Shown: piece after piece, positions 1 to 9,277 of the stretch
How the letters are laid out: each line of letters begins with the position of its first letter
Position numbering within the stretch: position 1 is the stretch's first letter
The notes under the pieces: model-generated
Databases searched by the model: none
Told to the model about the DNA's origin: nothing
Seen by the model: the letters and a program-made list of their open reading frames with translations, nothing else
Origin: an uncultured Acidobacteriota bacterium
GTDB taxonomy: Bacteria > Acidobacteriota > Terriglobia > UBA7540
Assembly: GCA_963804995.1 (NCBI GenBank)
Contig: CAWDSK010000006.1
Location: 64,001 to 128,000 of the forward strand
Reading direction: 5' to 3'
Length of the DNA: 64,000 bases
Program-made: the position numbers and the translations under genes

Positions 1-144
1 GTGTTTACCGACCACCCCGCGGGGCTGATTCGAAGTTCTGCCACGTCGTACTCGGGAACAAGTCTTTATTTAGGTTAACGCCTATGGGCCGCTGCCCAGG
101 GTGGCTCGAAAAGTCCGATAGCTGGAACTTACACAAACCGCTCG

Positions 145-1252
145 CTACTTGCTGCTGACCACCCCGCGTCGTGAGAGCAGGTAAGACTGGATCAAGGGGT
201 CCAGATCCCCTTCCAGCACGCGATCCGCGTCGCCAATCTCCAATTTCGTCCGATGGTCTTTCACCAGCCGATACGGGTGCAGCACGTAGGAGCGAATCTG
301 GCTGCCGAAGTCGATGTCCGCCTTGGAAGCCTCCAACTTATCCGCCACTTCCCGTCGCTTGCGCAACTCCAGCTCGTAAAGTCGCGAGCGCAGAAACTTC
401 ATGGCCACTTCGCGATTGCGGTGTTGCGAGCGCTCGTTCTGGCACTGGGCCACGGTTCCGGTAGGAATATGGGTAACGCGTACCGCCGAATCCGTCGTGT
501 TCACGTGCTGGCCGCCCTTCCCGCCGGAGCGGTAGGTGTCCACACGGATTTCGTCGGGCTTGATCTCAATCTGGATCGACTCATCGATCTCAGGGCTGAC
601 GAAGACCGAAGCGAAGGAGGTGTGCCGCCGCTGATTCGCGTCGAAAGGCGAAATCCGCACCAGCCGATGCACCCCGCTTTCCCCGTGCAACAATCCGTAG
701 GAATACTCCCCTTCCACGGTAAAGGTCGCGGATTTCAGCCCCGCTTCGTCCCCGGGCTGATAATCGTTCAAGGTGAACTTGAAGCCACGCTGTTCCGCCC
801 AGCGCCGGTACATGCGCAGCAGCATGTCAGCCCAGTCCTGCGATTCCGTGCCCCCTGCGCCGGGATGGATGGTGACAATGGCGTTCAGGTGATCGGTTTC
901 ACCGCTAAGGAGCGTTGCCGTTTCCAGGCGGTCCACTTCCTGCCGGAGCGCGTTCAGGTCGGTGCGCAGCTCCGCGGTGATGTTCTCCCCTTCGCGCAGC
1001 AACTCGAAATACGTCTCCGTGTCGGCCAGGCGGCGCGCCAGCTTCTCATCGCTCTCCAGTATTTCCTGGAGACGCTTGCGCGCCGTCATGATCTTTTGGG
1101 AGGCTTCCTGATCCTGCCAGATGTTGCCTTCGGCGATTTGCTTCTCGAGGGCTTCCATTTCCTTGCGGCGTTGGGGAGCGTCAAAGAAAACTCCGGAGGT
1201 CAGCGCTACGCTTCTTGAGTTCGTCAAATTCCCGTTGCAGTTCTTCGATCAC
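145..1252 (-). CDS. prfB: Peptide chain release factor 2, with programmed +1 frameshift
   Basis: GGQ motif (SGGKGGQHVN) and SPF motif. GTG at 1252 opens 23 codons ending CTT-TGA-C (1180-1186), preceded by an SD-like CGGAG; the +1 frame continues to 145. Confidence 0.96.
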
Positions 1253-1305
1253 GATTACTCCTTGACAAGGGTTAATAAGCGCGCATAAACCCTCATAAAC
1301 TGTCA

Positions 1306-2921
1306 CTAGCGTTCAGATTTCACTCCGTAGGGTGTACAGCCAAGAATCAAACCCGCCATCGCCGCCGCGAGCCACGCGAACACATCCCCGTGGGCCGAAT
1401 AGAAGGTCTGGCGCGACTCAAAGTTGAAGTGCGCAGGCATCACCATCTGCCGATGTCGCGGGATTTGCTGTGTCACCCGGCCGTAAGGGTCGATCCGTAC
1501 GGTTATGCCGTCGTTGGTAGCCCTCAGCAGGTAGCGATGGTTTTCGATAGCGCGCAGCCGGGCCATTTCCAAATGCTGGTACGCCGCCGCGGTTTCGCCG
1601 TACCACCCGTCATTCGAGATATTCACCAGCACGCCCGCGCCCGCCGCCGTCAGTTTCCGAGCGAGTTGCGGGATGATCGCCTCGTAGCAGATCATGACGC
1701 CCACGCCCCCCGCCGGCGTCTTCGCCACCGAGTAACTCGAACCCGGAACGAAGTTCCCCACCTCCGACGTGATCTTTTCCACCAGCCCGGGGAGCGCCCA
1801 GAACGGAACATACTCACCGAAGGGCACCAAATGAATTTTATCATACCGTGACACTTCGTGCCCCTGGGGGTCGAGAGTGATGGCGCTATTGGTAATCGAC
1901 TTATCGGCTAAATCGAGTGGAATGACACTGTTAGCTATAACATAGGCGTGCGCCTGCCGCGCCAGATTCTCCAAAGCGTTGCGAAAGACCGGGTCGCGGG
2001 TGAAATAGAAGGGCGCGGGATTCTCCGCCCAAATCATGAGGGGTGGTGAAGCTGCAGTCGCGCTGGTGGTAACGGCTCGTTCTTCGACAGATCGGGGTTT
2101 TGATCGACCGCAGAAAGGCTGAGTTGGACGAGTTGCTGAAGCTTGGTGGGATCGCGCCAGGGCGCCCAGGCCTCCAGCAACTTATCGTCTAACGGCACGT
2201 TCGGCTGCACCAGGAAAGCCAATTCCCGGCCCGCGGGTTCAGGAGGCGGCAACAGTTTCCACTGGGCGAACAACAACAGCACAACCCAGCACGCCACGCT
2301 GACGCAGACCGCCAGGCGTCCACGCGAAAGCAACATCCAAGCCAGGCGCGCGCTTGTCGCGACAGCGAGGAATGAAAGTCCATACACGCCAGTGACGGAG
2401 GCCACCTGCCGCAAGCCGGAAGCCTGCATGGCATAGCCGAGAAGGTTCCAGGGGAAACCCGTGATCAGGTAGGTTCGCGCCAGCTCCATCGCCACCCACA
2501 GGAAGGGACTGAGAGCCAGCGCCCAACCCGTCGAGCGGCGCGCCGCCCATCCCATGAGCAGGCCAAAGGCGCCGAAGAAGGTCGAGTCAACGATGACGAA
2601 GAGGACCAGAACACCCACCGCCACCGCGGGCGCCAGGTGCCCGTAACCTTCCATCACATCTATAAACCAATAACAGCTTCCTGCGAAAAACACGGCGCCG
2701 CATCCATACCCCAGAAGAAACGCATACTTCAGCCGCTTTTCAACGGCCAATGCCATCAGCATGGGCAGGCAAGCGACCCACACCAGACCGGGGAGATGAA
2801 TCTTGGGGAAGCACGCTACCAGTAGGAGACCACTGAGCGCGCAGGCCGCCCAGGATTTTAGATTTTGGATTTTGGATTTCGGATTTCGGACTGGAACTAC
2901 TTCGATTCCGTCATTGCTCAT
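1306..2921 (-). CDS. lnt: Apolipoprotein N-acyltransferase, split into two frames near 2034-2070
   Basis: N-terminal membrane part has GFPWNLLGY and LVQPNV; C-terminal nitrilase part has IWAEN, YDKIHLVPFGEYVP, ICYE and ISNDGWYG. Confidence 0.9.
2853..2890. repeat. Heptamer tandem repeat (GATTTTG/GATTTCG type) inside the lnt 5' end
   Basis: ggattttagattttggattttggatttcggatttcgga; translates as NPKSKIQNLKS. Confidence 0.85.
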
Positions 2922-3350
2922 CGGTTGCAAGCGGGAGCCCTTTTATGAGGTTTTTATGTTAGAAGCGCAGTTAAAGACAAACTGCGACTAACTCACCATT
3001 GCCCGCTTCTACCCGCTGCACGTCCGGCTTGACGCGGGGACTGGAATTCGGACTCGGTGTCGCATGGTGTCCCACTTTACTTTCGTACGCTCGCGACCCT
3101 TTGTAAGAAAGTGGGACTGTCCCAGTTGTTGGGCTGCGCGGGCCAGCGCGGGCGTAGTCCCACCAAATTCCCCGCCTTCATGCGTTTTCTTCCTATGACT
3201 TTTCACCTGCGGTTCCGCCGAGCAACCTACCCGCTTCCAAATTGGTTCCGGGGTGCCCCCCTCACGCGTCCCGGCTGATGAGTACGCCGGCGGTGGTCCG
3301 CGCTATTCACTCCTCCGCACCCTCCGTATTCAATCCAAAATCCATAATAG

Positions 3351-3977
3351 TCAGTGCCGGATAAAGGGTTTGAAGCCTTCCTGGGCAAGCTTGGCGCGGA
3401 CCTTTTCGGCGTCGTCACGAGTCTTGAAGGGGCCCACCTGCACGCGGAAAAGATTGTCATCTGCGTGCGCGTATTCGGGCGCCACCAGAAAGACCGGATA
3501 GCCCCGCCCCTTCAGGATGCCGACCAGTGCTTCCGCATCCTGCTTGGTGCGCAACGCGGCGACCTGCAGCGTAATGCCCTCTCCCACTTCGCCCGGAGTG
3601 GCGGCGGCCGCAGGCTGCGGACTCGCTGGGGCTTTCGCCGCTGGTGAAGCGGGGGTCACGGGTTGCGGCGCCGAAGCAGTCCCGGCCGGCCCTTTCGTTG
3701 CGGGCGGCGTCACGCCGGCGTCCGGGGCGGGGTTCGTCTGTCCGGCAGGCGCCACGGGAGGCGTAACCTGCGCACTCTCCGCCGGCGGGATTACGGTAGG
3801 TGGAATGACCGTGGGCGCGGTGACAACCTCCGTCTTAGGCGTCGAAGAGGAGAATCGCTCGTTGTAACCCACCATGAATCCCATCGAAAAGAAAACTGCG
3901 CAAGTTGCGACGCACGCGAGAAAAATGAGGATCAAGTACCGCGCGGAATGTCCTCTCTCCTCCTGCTCTCGCACCAT
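3351..3977 (-). CDS. SPOR domain protein (DedD/FtsN-like)
   Basis: N-terminal TM helix, Pro/Ala linker, C-terminal LQVAAL...FRVQVGPF..R.DAEK SPOR motif. Confidence 0.88.
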   Translation of the reverse strand: MVREQEERGHSARYLILIFLACVATCAVFFSMGFMVGYNERFSSSTPKTEVVTAPTVIPPTVIPPAESAQVTPPVAPAGQTNPAPDAGVTPPATKGPAGTASAPQPVTPASPAAKAPASPQPAAAATPGEVGEGITLQVAALRTKQDAEALVGILKGRGYPVFLVAPEYAHADDNLFRVQVGPFKTRDDAEKVRAKLAQEGFKPFIRH

Positions 3978-4032
3978 CGTGGTCACCGTGGACCTCCTGA
4001 TTCGCAAGATGGCGATGAGAAATCGCTTCGGC

Positions 4033-4243
4033 TAATGGTTTTTGAATTCCTGGAATTCTCAAACGCCCACGTGACCCCTCACCCGTCCCGCACCGGCTGA
4101 TGAAAACGCCGGCTGCGGTCCACCCTCTGTCGCCGCGGCGACCGAGGGTGTAAGTTCAACTCTCCCCTCGCCCCCTTGGGGGAGAGGGGCCGGGGGTGAG
4201 GAGGTTCTCTACTAATCAGCGAACTTCTAACTCAGGACACTAG
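4033..4243. repeat. Degenerate MITE-like element A with REP-like hairpin core
   Basis: Shares the cccctcacccgtc...ggctgatga...ctctcccctcgccccc core with element C; ends ctcaggacactag; left end poorly defined. Confidence 0.55.
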
Positions 4244-4339
4244 TACTTGCTTGGATTAATTCGCGCATTTTTAAGTCGTTGAAATCAAAGTGCGACCAAC
4301 AGCCAGTTACGTACGCTAATTAAGTCAAGCAAGTACTAG
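4240..4339. mobile_element. 100-bp MITE B with 22-bp terminal inverted repeats
   Basis: ctagtacttgcttggattaatt ... aattaagtcaagcaagtactag (20/22 complementary), CTAG at both ends. Confidence 0.75.
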
Positions 4340-4546
4340 TGTGGTGTCCCGTGCTAGAGTTGACAATGGGCAGAACCCCCTCACCCGTCTGGCCTCGGCT
4401 GATGAGAACGCCTCGGCCAGCCACCCTCTCCCCCAAAGGGGCGAGGGCAAGAGAATTAACTCTCCCCTCGCCCCTTTGGGGGAGAGGGGCTGGGGGGTGA
4501 GGGGGTCGGACAGCCTTGTCAAATATTAACCGGGACACCACACTAA
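4336..4546. mobile_element. 211-bp MITE C, copy 1
   Basis: Perfect 15-bp TIR TAGTGTGGTGTCCCG; near-identical inverted copy at 18831-19041. Confidence 0.88.
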
Positions 4547-5319
4547 CTCTTCGCGTCCTCGCCGGGTTTCAGAGGAAGCCCCACTTTGCCGAGTAGAGCC
4601 GACAGTAACTCGACTGGAACCGGGAAGACTACGGTGGTGTTCTTTTCGGTCCCGATCTCAACTAACGTCTGGAGATATCGCAAGGTGATGGCCACGGGTT
4701 CCTTGGCGATGACGTTGGCGGCTTCGGCAAGTTTCGCGGACGCCTGATACTCGGCGTCGGCGTGGATGATCTTCGCCCGGCGCTCGCGCTCGGCTTCGGC
4801 CTGCGCGGCGATGGCGCGCTGCATTTCCTGCGGCAAGTCCACCTGGCGCACTTCCACCTTAGTTACCTTGATGCCCCAGGGCTCCGTGTGCTCGTCCAGG
4901 ATGGATTGCAGCCGGCTGTTGAGCTTTTCACGCTGGGAGAGCAAATCGTCCAGCTCCACTTCGCCCAACACCGAGCGCAAAGTGGTTTGCGCCAACTGCT
5001 CAACGGCATAACGGTAGTTTTCGAGCTCCACGAACGCCTGCTGCGCGCTGATCACGCGGAAATACACGACCGCGTTGACTTTCAGTGAAACGTTATCCCG
5101 GGTGATGATGTCTTGGGGGGGCATATCCCACGCCACCACGCGGAGAGAAACCCGGACCAGCTTATCAATGGGCCAGAGGATAAAGATCAGCCCCGGCCCC
5201 TTATCCGGCTTCTGGAGCCGTCCCAGGCGGAAGATCACCGCCCGCTCATACTCCCTCATCACGTTCAAACACGCTGAAACCCACATGAAAATAATAACCA
5301 CCACGACGATGTAGCCCAT
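4543..5319 (-). CDS. SPFH/stomatin (slipin) family membrane protein
   Basis: [47 protein letters not shown] motifs. Confidence 0.93.
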   Translation of the reverse strand: MGYIVVVVIIFMWVSACLNVMREYERAVIFRLGRLQKPDKGPGLIFILWPIDKLVRVSLRVVAWDMPPQDIITRDNVSLKVNAVVYFRVISAQQAFVELENYRYAVEQLAQTTLRSVLGEVELDDLLSQREKLNSRLQSILDEHTEPWGIKVTKVEVRQVDLPQEMQRAIAAQAEAERERRAKIIHADAEYQASAKLAEAANVIAKEPVAITLRYLQTLVEIGTEKNTTVVFPVPVELLSALLGKVGLPLKPGEDAKS

Positions 5320-5373
5320 TTGAAGCTCCTTTCCGCCTTCTGCCTTCTGCCTACTGCCTTCTGCGTCCGCAGT

Positions 5374-6690
5374 CTACCGGGATTCCGGCGCTATCTCAAC
5401 CTCTAAGGTCAAGCCCTCAATTTTGCGCACGCGAACTCGGGCGCCCTGGGGGATTTTCTCGCTTGCGTGAGCCCCCCACAATTCGCCACGCACCATGACT
5501 TTCCCCGCCGGATCGAGGTCGGTTTGCGCCACACCCACTAAACCGATCATTCCCGCCTCGCCCGTAACCGCTTTGCGCAGCTTCGCAGCAATGGCAAAGC
5601 GCACCAGGATAACGGTAATGAATCCCAAGGGCAGCGCCACACTCAGGGCGGTGGAAAGATGAATGCGCGCCTCGGGCCAGGGTGACTTGATCAGAATCAG
5701 GGCCCCCAGCACCATCGCCACGATCCCACCCACCGCCAGCACGCCATGCGAAGAGAGATTAGCTTCGAGCGCGAACAGAACCAGGGCGGTGAGAATCAGC
5801 AGCGCGCCCGCATAATTAATGGGTAGGAGGTTGAAGGCATAAAGCGCCAGAACCAGGGAAATGGCGCCCACTACTCCAGGAGCCACCATGCCGGGATGCG
5901 TGAACTCAATGTACAAACACAAGACCCCGATCGCACCCAGGATGAAGGCGATATTGGGGTCGGCTACCCAAGCGAGAAAAGCCTCGAACCTCAACATCGT
6001 GTAGGGCTCAACCTCCGCGTTGGTCAAGCGCAGCGTCGTAGTGGCGCCGTTGAATCGTGCGACCGCCTTGCCGTCATATTTCGCAAAGATATCCGCGGGT
6101 GAACCGGCAATCGCATCGATCAGCTTGTCGTCGAGGGCTTCCTTATCGCTAAAAGAGGAGCTCTTGCGGACCGCCTCCTCTGCCAGTTGCACATTGCGGC
6201 CGCGTTTCTGGGCGATGGAACGAATGTAGGCCGCAGCGTCGTTTTCGATCTTCTCTTCCATGGTCTTGCCGATATCCGATCCACCCAGAAGGACCGGATG
6301 AGCTGCGCCGGCGTTGGTGCCTGGAGCCATCACGGCCAGGTCGCCCGCCAAAAGGACGAAGAAGCCCGCCGACGCCGCGCTTCCCCCACTGGGCGCCACA
6401 TAAGTGATCACGGGAACGCGCGAATCGTAGATGGCCTGGATGATGTCCCGCATGGAGGTCATCAGCCCGCCGGGCGTGTTCAATTCCAGCAGGACAGCGT
6501 CGGCGTTCTGCTGATTGGCGTGACGAATTCCCTCCACCACGTACTCCGCGCTCACCTGGTGAATCATCATGTCGAGATGGATCAACACCACCCGTGGCCG
6601 GGGGCGATCCGCACGCACGGGATTGGAAGATAACGCAGCGGCAAGAAATACCCCGAGTAAGAGTGCACCACGAAACATTTTGGCGTTCAA
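5374..6690 (-). CDS. NfeD family membrane-bound serine protease
   Basis: LNTPGG, AASAG, GAAHPV motifs; TM region; C-terminal OB fold (VRGELW); adjacent to SPFH gene. Confidence 0.93.
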   Translation of the reverse strand: MNAKMFRGALLLGVFLAAALSSNPVRADRPRPRVVLIHLDMMIHQVSAEYVVEGIRHANQQNADAVLLELNTPGGLMTSMRDIIQAIYDSRVPVITYVAPSGGSAASAGFFVLLAGDLAVMAPGTNAGAAHPVLLGGSDIGKTMEEKIENDAAAYIRSIAQKRGRNVQLAEEAVRKSSSFSDKEALDDKLIDAIAGSPADIFAKYDGKAVARFNGATTTLRLTNAEVEPYTMLRFEAFLAWVADPNIAFILGAIGVLCLYIEFTHPGMVAPGVVGAISLVLALYAFNLLPINYAGALLILTALVLFALEANLSSHGVLAVGGIVAMVLGALILIKSPWPEARIHLSTALSVALPLGFITVILVRFAIAAKLRKAVTGEAGMIGLVGVAQTDLDPAGKVMVRGELWGAHASEKIPQGARVRVRKIEGLTLEVEIAPESR

Positions 6691-8324
6691 GGCGTCTTCC
6701 TTGGAGACGTGGCTCCAACCTGGATTTGGTGGACCAACTGTTCAGCTTCCTGATTCTGGGGGTCGAGATCCAAAGCTCCCTGGGCCTCGGTGCGAGCCAG
6801 AGCGGGCTGGTGCAACGAGAGGTAAACACGCGCCAGGGAAAGGTGTGCTTGGGTCGAGTTCTTCAGCTTGAGGGAAGTCTGCAGTTCCCCGGCGGCCTCC
6901 TGATGTTTGCCCTCGGCCTCGAGGGTCTGAGCCAGCAACAGATGTCCCTGCGGGTCAGCCGGCATCAAGGAAACCACGTCTGCGAACTCGCGGTCAGCCT
7001 CCGCGTAGCGCTTTTCCTCGAAGAACTTTTTCCCCAGGGCCAGGTGAGCGTCGCTGTGTGCCTGGGGCGAGGCGTTGGCCAGGCGTTGCTCCAGAGCGTT
7101 GTGCAACGTCAACTCCAGCAACTGGAAGGCGCGGCCGGTATAGTTCTTCTTGATGCGCGGTTGGGGGAGCACGTCTCCCAGGCGGTCGCCCGCCGCCCCC
7201 ACTTCGTGCCCGGACATCCACTCCAACTCTCTCTGTTTCCCGGCCCCGTCTCCCAACTTCTCCAGAACCACTGCCAGCAAGATATGCGCCTCAAAATCCT
7301 CATCATTGGCGCGCACCGCCTCCTGGAGGGAGTTTGCCGCATCCTGGTAGCGTTTTTCATACCAAAGCGCCACCCCGCGATTGAAGCAGAAGTCAGGGTC
7401 AGAGGGATCGTTCTTGTAAGCTGGCTCGAAATGCGCCAAGGCCTCGTCATAGCGGCCGCGGCGGGCCTCCAAAACACCGAGGTTGTTGGAGACTTCGTTC
7501 AGGGGAAGCTGCTTCCAGAGAGATTCGAATTCCTTTTCTGAAGCCTGCTCGTGCCCCAGGAAGAATTCGTCCACGGCGCGTAGAAACAACGACTCATCGT
7601 AGCCTGTATCGGATTCCTCCAGCTTGCGCAACCATTTGGCGGAATTCGCATAGTCCTTCTGATCGAAGTAAAACCGGCCCAGAGCGAAGGCGGCCCGATC
7701 ATCCGAGGGGTCGAGGCGGTCCGACTCCTCGAAGAAATGCAGGCGGCTCGCGTCCTCCGTGGCCAACAATCCACGAATATAATTCTCGAAAGCGTCCAGG
7801 CGAATATCATGGAAAAGCCGCCGAAAATCTTCTTCCTTCCCCACGGTGAATGTGGGGTCGTGCGCAGCCAGCATGCGCCAGGCAATCTGCGTCTGGAGAT
7901 CCACCAGGTCAGCCAGGTCTCCCGAGACTTCCAAGGGGGGCGAAAGCTTCAGCCGGGGAACATCCAGAAGTTGCGTGCGGGCCGTCAAACGATTGTCGTT
8001 GACGTTGAAACTGCCGAGGACCGCCCATTCCACGCCGAGAGTTTGCGCCACCTTGAATTCACTGGCCAGGGTCAAAGCCGTGTCGATGGGAATGCCGAGC
8101 TGTGCGTAAGCGGCGTTGCGTTCGTCGCGATCCAGGGTGTAATTCTGGGGTCGCGCCAGGCGGGCGGAAACGACCTCCGCAAAGCTTTCCGAAATCCAAT
8201 TCAGATCCGAGCGGGAACTCTGATTTTCAAACGGGAAAACCAGAACGGTCCGCACCTCCGAAGAGGCCTCGAGCGGCGCAGAGCAAAACAGCAAAAGCGC
8301 AAGGAATTCAACCACTCTTCGCAT
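6687..8324 (-). CDS. Exported TPR-repeat protein
   Basis: Signal peptide, VLVFPFENQS N-terminal domain, multiple TPR-like repeats. Confidence 0.8.
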   Translation of the reverse strand: MRRVVEFLALLLFCSAPLEASSEVRTVLVFPFENQSSRSDLNWISESFAEVVSARLARPQNYTLDRDERNAAYAQLGIPIDTALTLASEFKVAQTLGVEWAVLGSFNVNDNRLTARTQLLDVPRLKLSPPLEVSGDLADLVDLQTQIAWRMLAAHDPTFTVGKEEDFRRLFHDIRLDAFENYIRGLLATEDASRLHFFEESDRLDPSDDRAAFALGRFYFDQKDYANSAKWLRKLEESDTGYDESLFLRAVDEFFLGHEQASEKEFESLWKQLPLNEVSNNLGVLEARRGRYDEALAHFEPAYKNDPSDPDFCFNRGVALWYEKRYQDAANSLQEAVRANDEDFEAHILLAVVLEKLGDGAGKQRELEWMSGHEVGAAGDRLGDVLPQPRIKKNYTGRAFQLLELTLHNALEQRLANASPQAHSDAHLALGKKFFEEKRYAEADREFADVVSLMPADPQGHLLLAQTLEAEGKHQEAAGELQTSLKLKNSTQAHLSLARVYLSLHQPALARTEAQGALDLDPQNQEAEQLVHQIQVGATSPRKTP

Positions 8325-8398
8325 GAAACCTCAACCCGACTTGATCATTATAGCATTGCGCGAAGCCGGGTCCGCCGCGCGCCCTTCGCTCCTGCTGC

Positions 8399-9238
8399 TC
8401 AATTCCGGATGGCCACGGGAGGGTTCTTCATGAGTTCGACGTAGGCCGGGTGTTGGCTGATCTTCTGGAAATCCGGGTCTCCCTCCACCCGCTTGGGGTC
8501 GGCGAAACCATCCTCGAAAGCACGCCGGAGATAACGCACCGCATCCTCGGCCCGCCCAATCGAGGCAAAAGCCTTGGCCATGTAGAAATAGAACTCCGTA
8601 TCCGACCCGCGGGCCCGGATGACGGTTCCGAGGGATGATTGCTCCGTCAAGACATTCGGGTCCAAACCCAGGGCGATGCGATATTCTTCCACAGCCTGCG
8701 GATATTCCTTCAAGTGGTAGTAGGAGGTACCCAGGTTTAAATGGAACGCCGCATCCCTCGGCCTTATCTCAAGGGCCCGATGATAGTATTTCACCGACTT
8801 TCCAAACTTGTTTTCCATGAAGAAAATCGTGCCAATGTTGTTGAAGGCTTCGGCATAATCTTTTCTTAAGTGCACCGCGTTGCTATAAGCTTTGGCGGCA
8901 GCGCGAAACTTCACCTGTTGCTGGTAAGCGATCCCCAGTTTGTTCCAAATCGTGGCATTCTTGAAGTCTGATTGCTTTAAAGCCCGGTAATAGTAGTCCG
9001 CCGCATCACCGTAGTTTTTCCTGGCCATGAAGATGTCGGCTCGATCTTCCAGACTAAGATCCCTGGAAGGGGCGGCGCGGGCCTCGGGGGTCGCCGGAAG
9101 CGCGACCTGTCCCTCGGCAGGGGTGGATGGAACCACCTGCCCTGCCCCCAGAGCGGGGTTCCCCGCGAGCAGGAGGATGGCAACAACCTGAGCCGCGGTT
9201 CGTGTTCTGACTTTCATCGGTAGACCTCGCTTATGCAA
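8399..9238 (-). CDS. TPR-repeat protein
   Basis: Signal peptide; WNKLGIAY, AFNNIGTI, HLNLGTSY TPR units. Confidence 0.82.
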   Translation of the reverse strand: MHKRGLPMKVRTRTAAQVVAILLLAGNPALGAGQVVPSTPAEGQVALPATPEARAAPSRDLSLEDRADIFMARKNYGDAADYYYRALKQSDFKNATIWNKLGIAYQQQVKFRAAAKAYSNAVHLRKDYAEAFNNIGTIFFMENKFGKSVKYYHRALEIRPRDAAFHLNLGTSYYHLKEYPQAVEEYRIALGLDPNVLTEQSSLGTVIRARGSDTEFYFYMAKAFASIGRAEDAVRYLRRAFEDGFADPKRVEGDPDFQKISQHPAYVELMKNPPVAIRN

Positions 9239-9277
9239 GAGAATCCTCGCGGGTCCGGGCCTTGCAGTTCTGCATCC

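Noticed and set aside
4090..4420. Hammerhead ribozyme suggested by CTGATGA in the MITE core
   Set aside because: CTGATGA lies at the loop of a simple hairpin; I could not build stem II followed by GAAA and a cleavage triplet.
4320..4541. Short ORFs within MITE C (also 18821-19142)
   Set aside because: Translations of a non-coding palindromic repeat.
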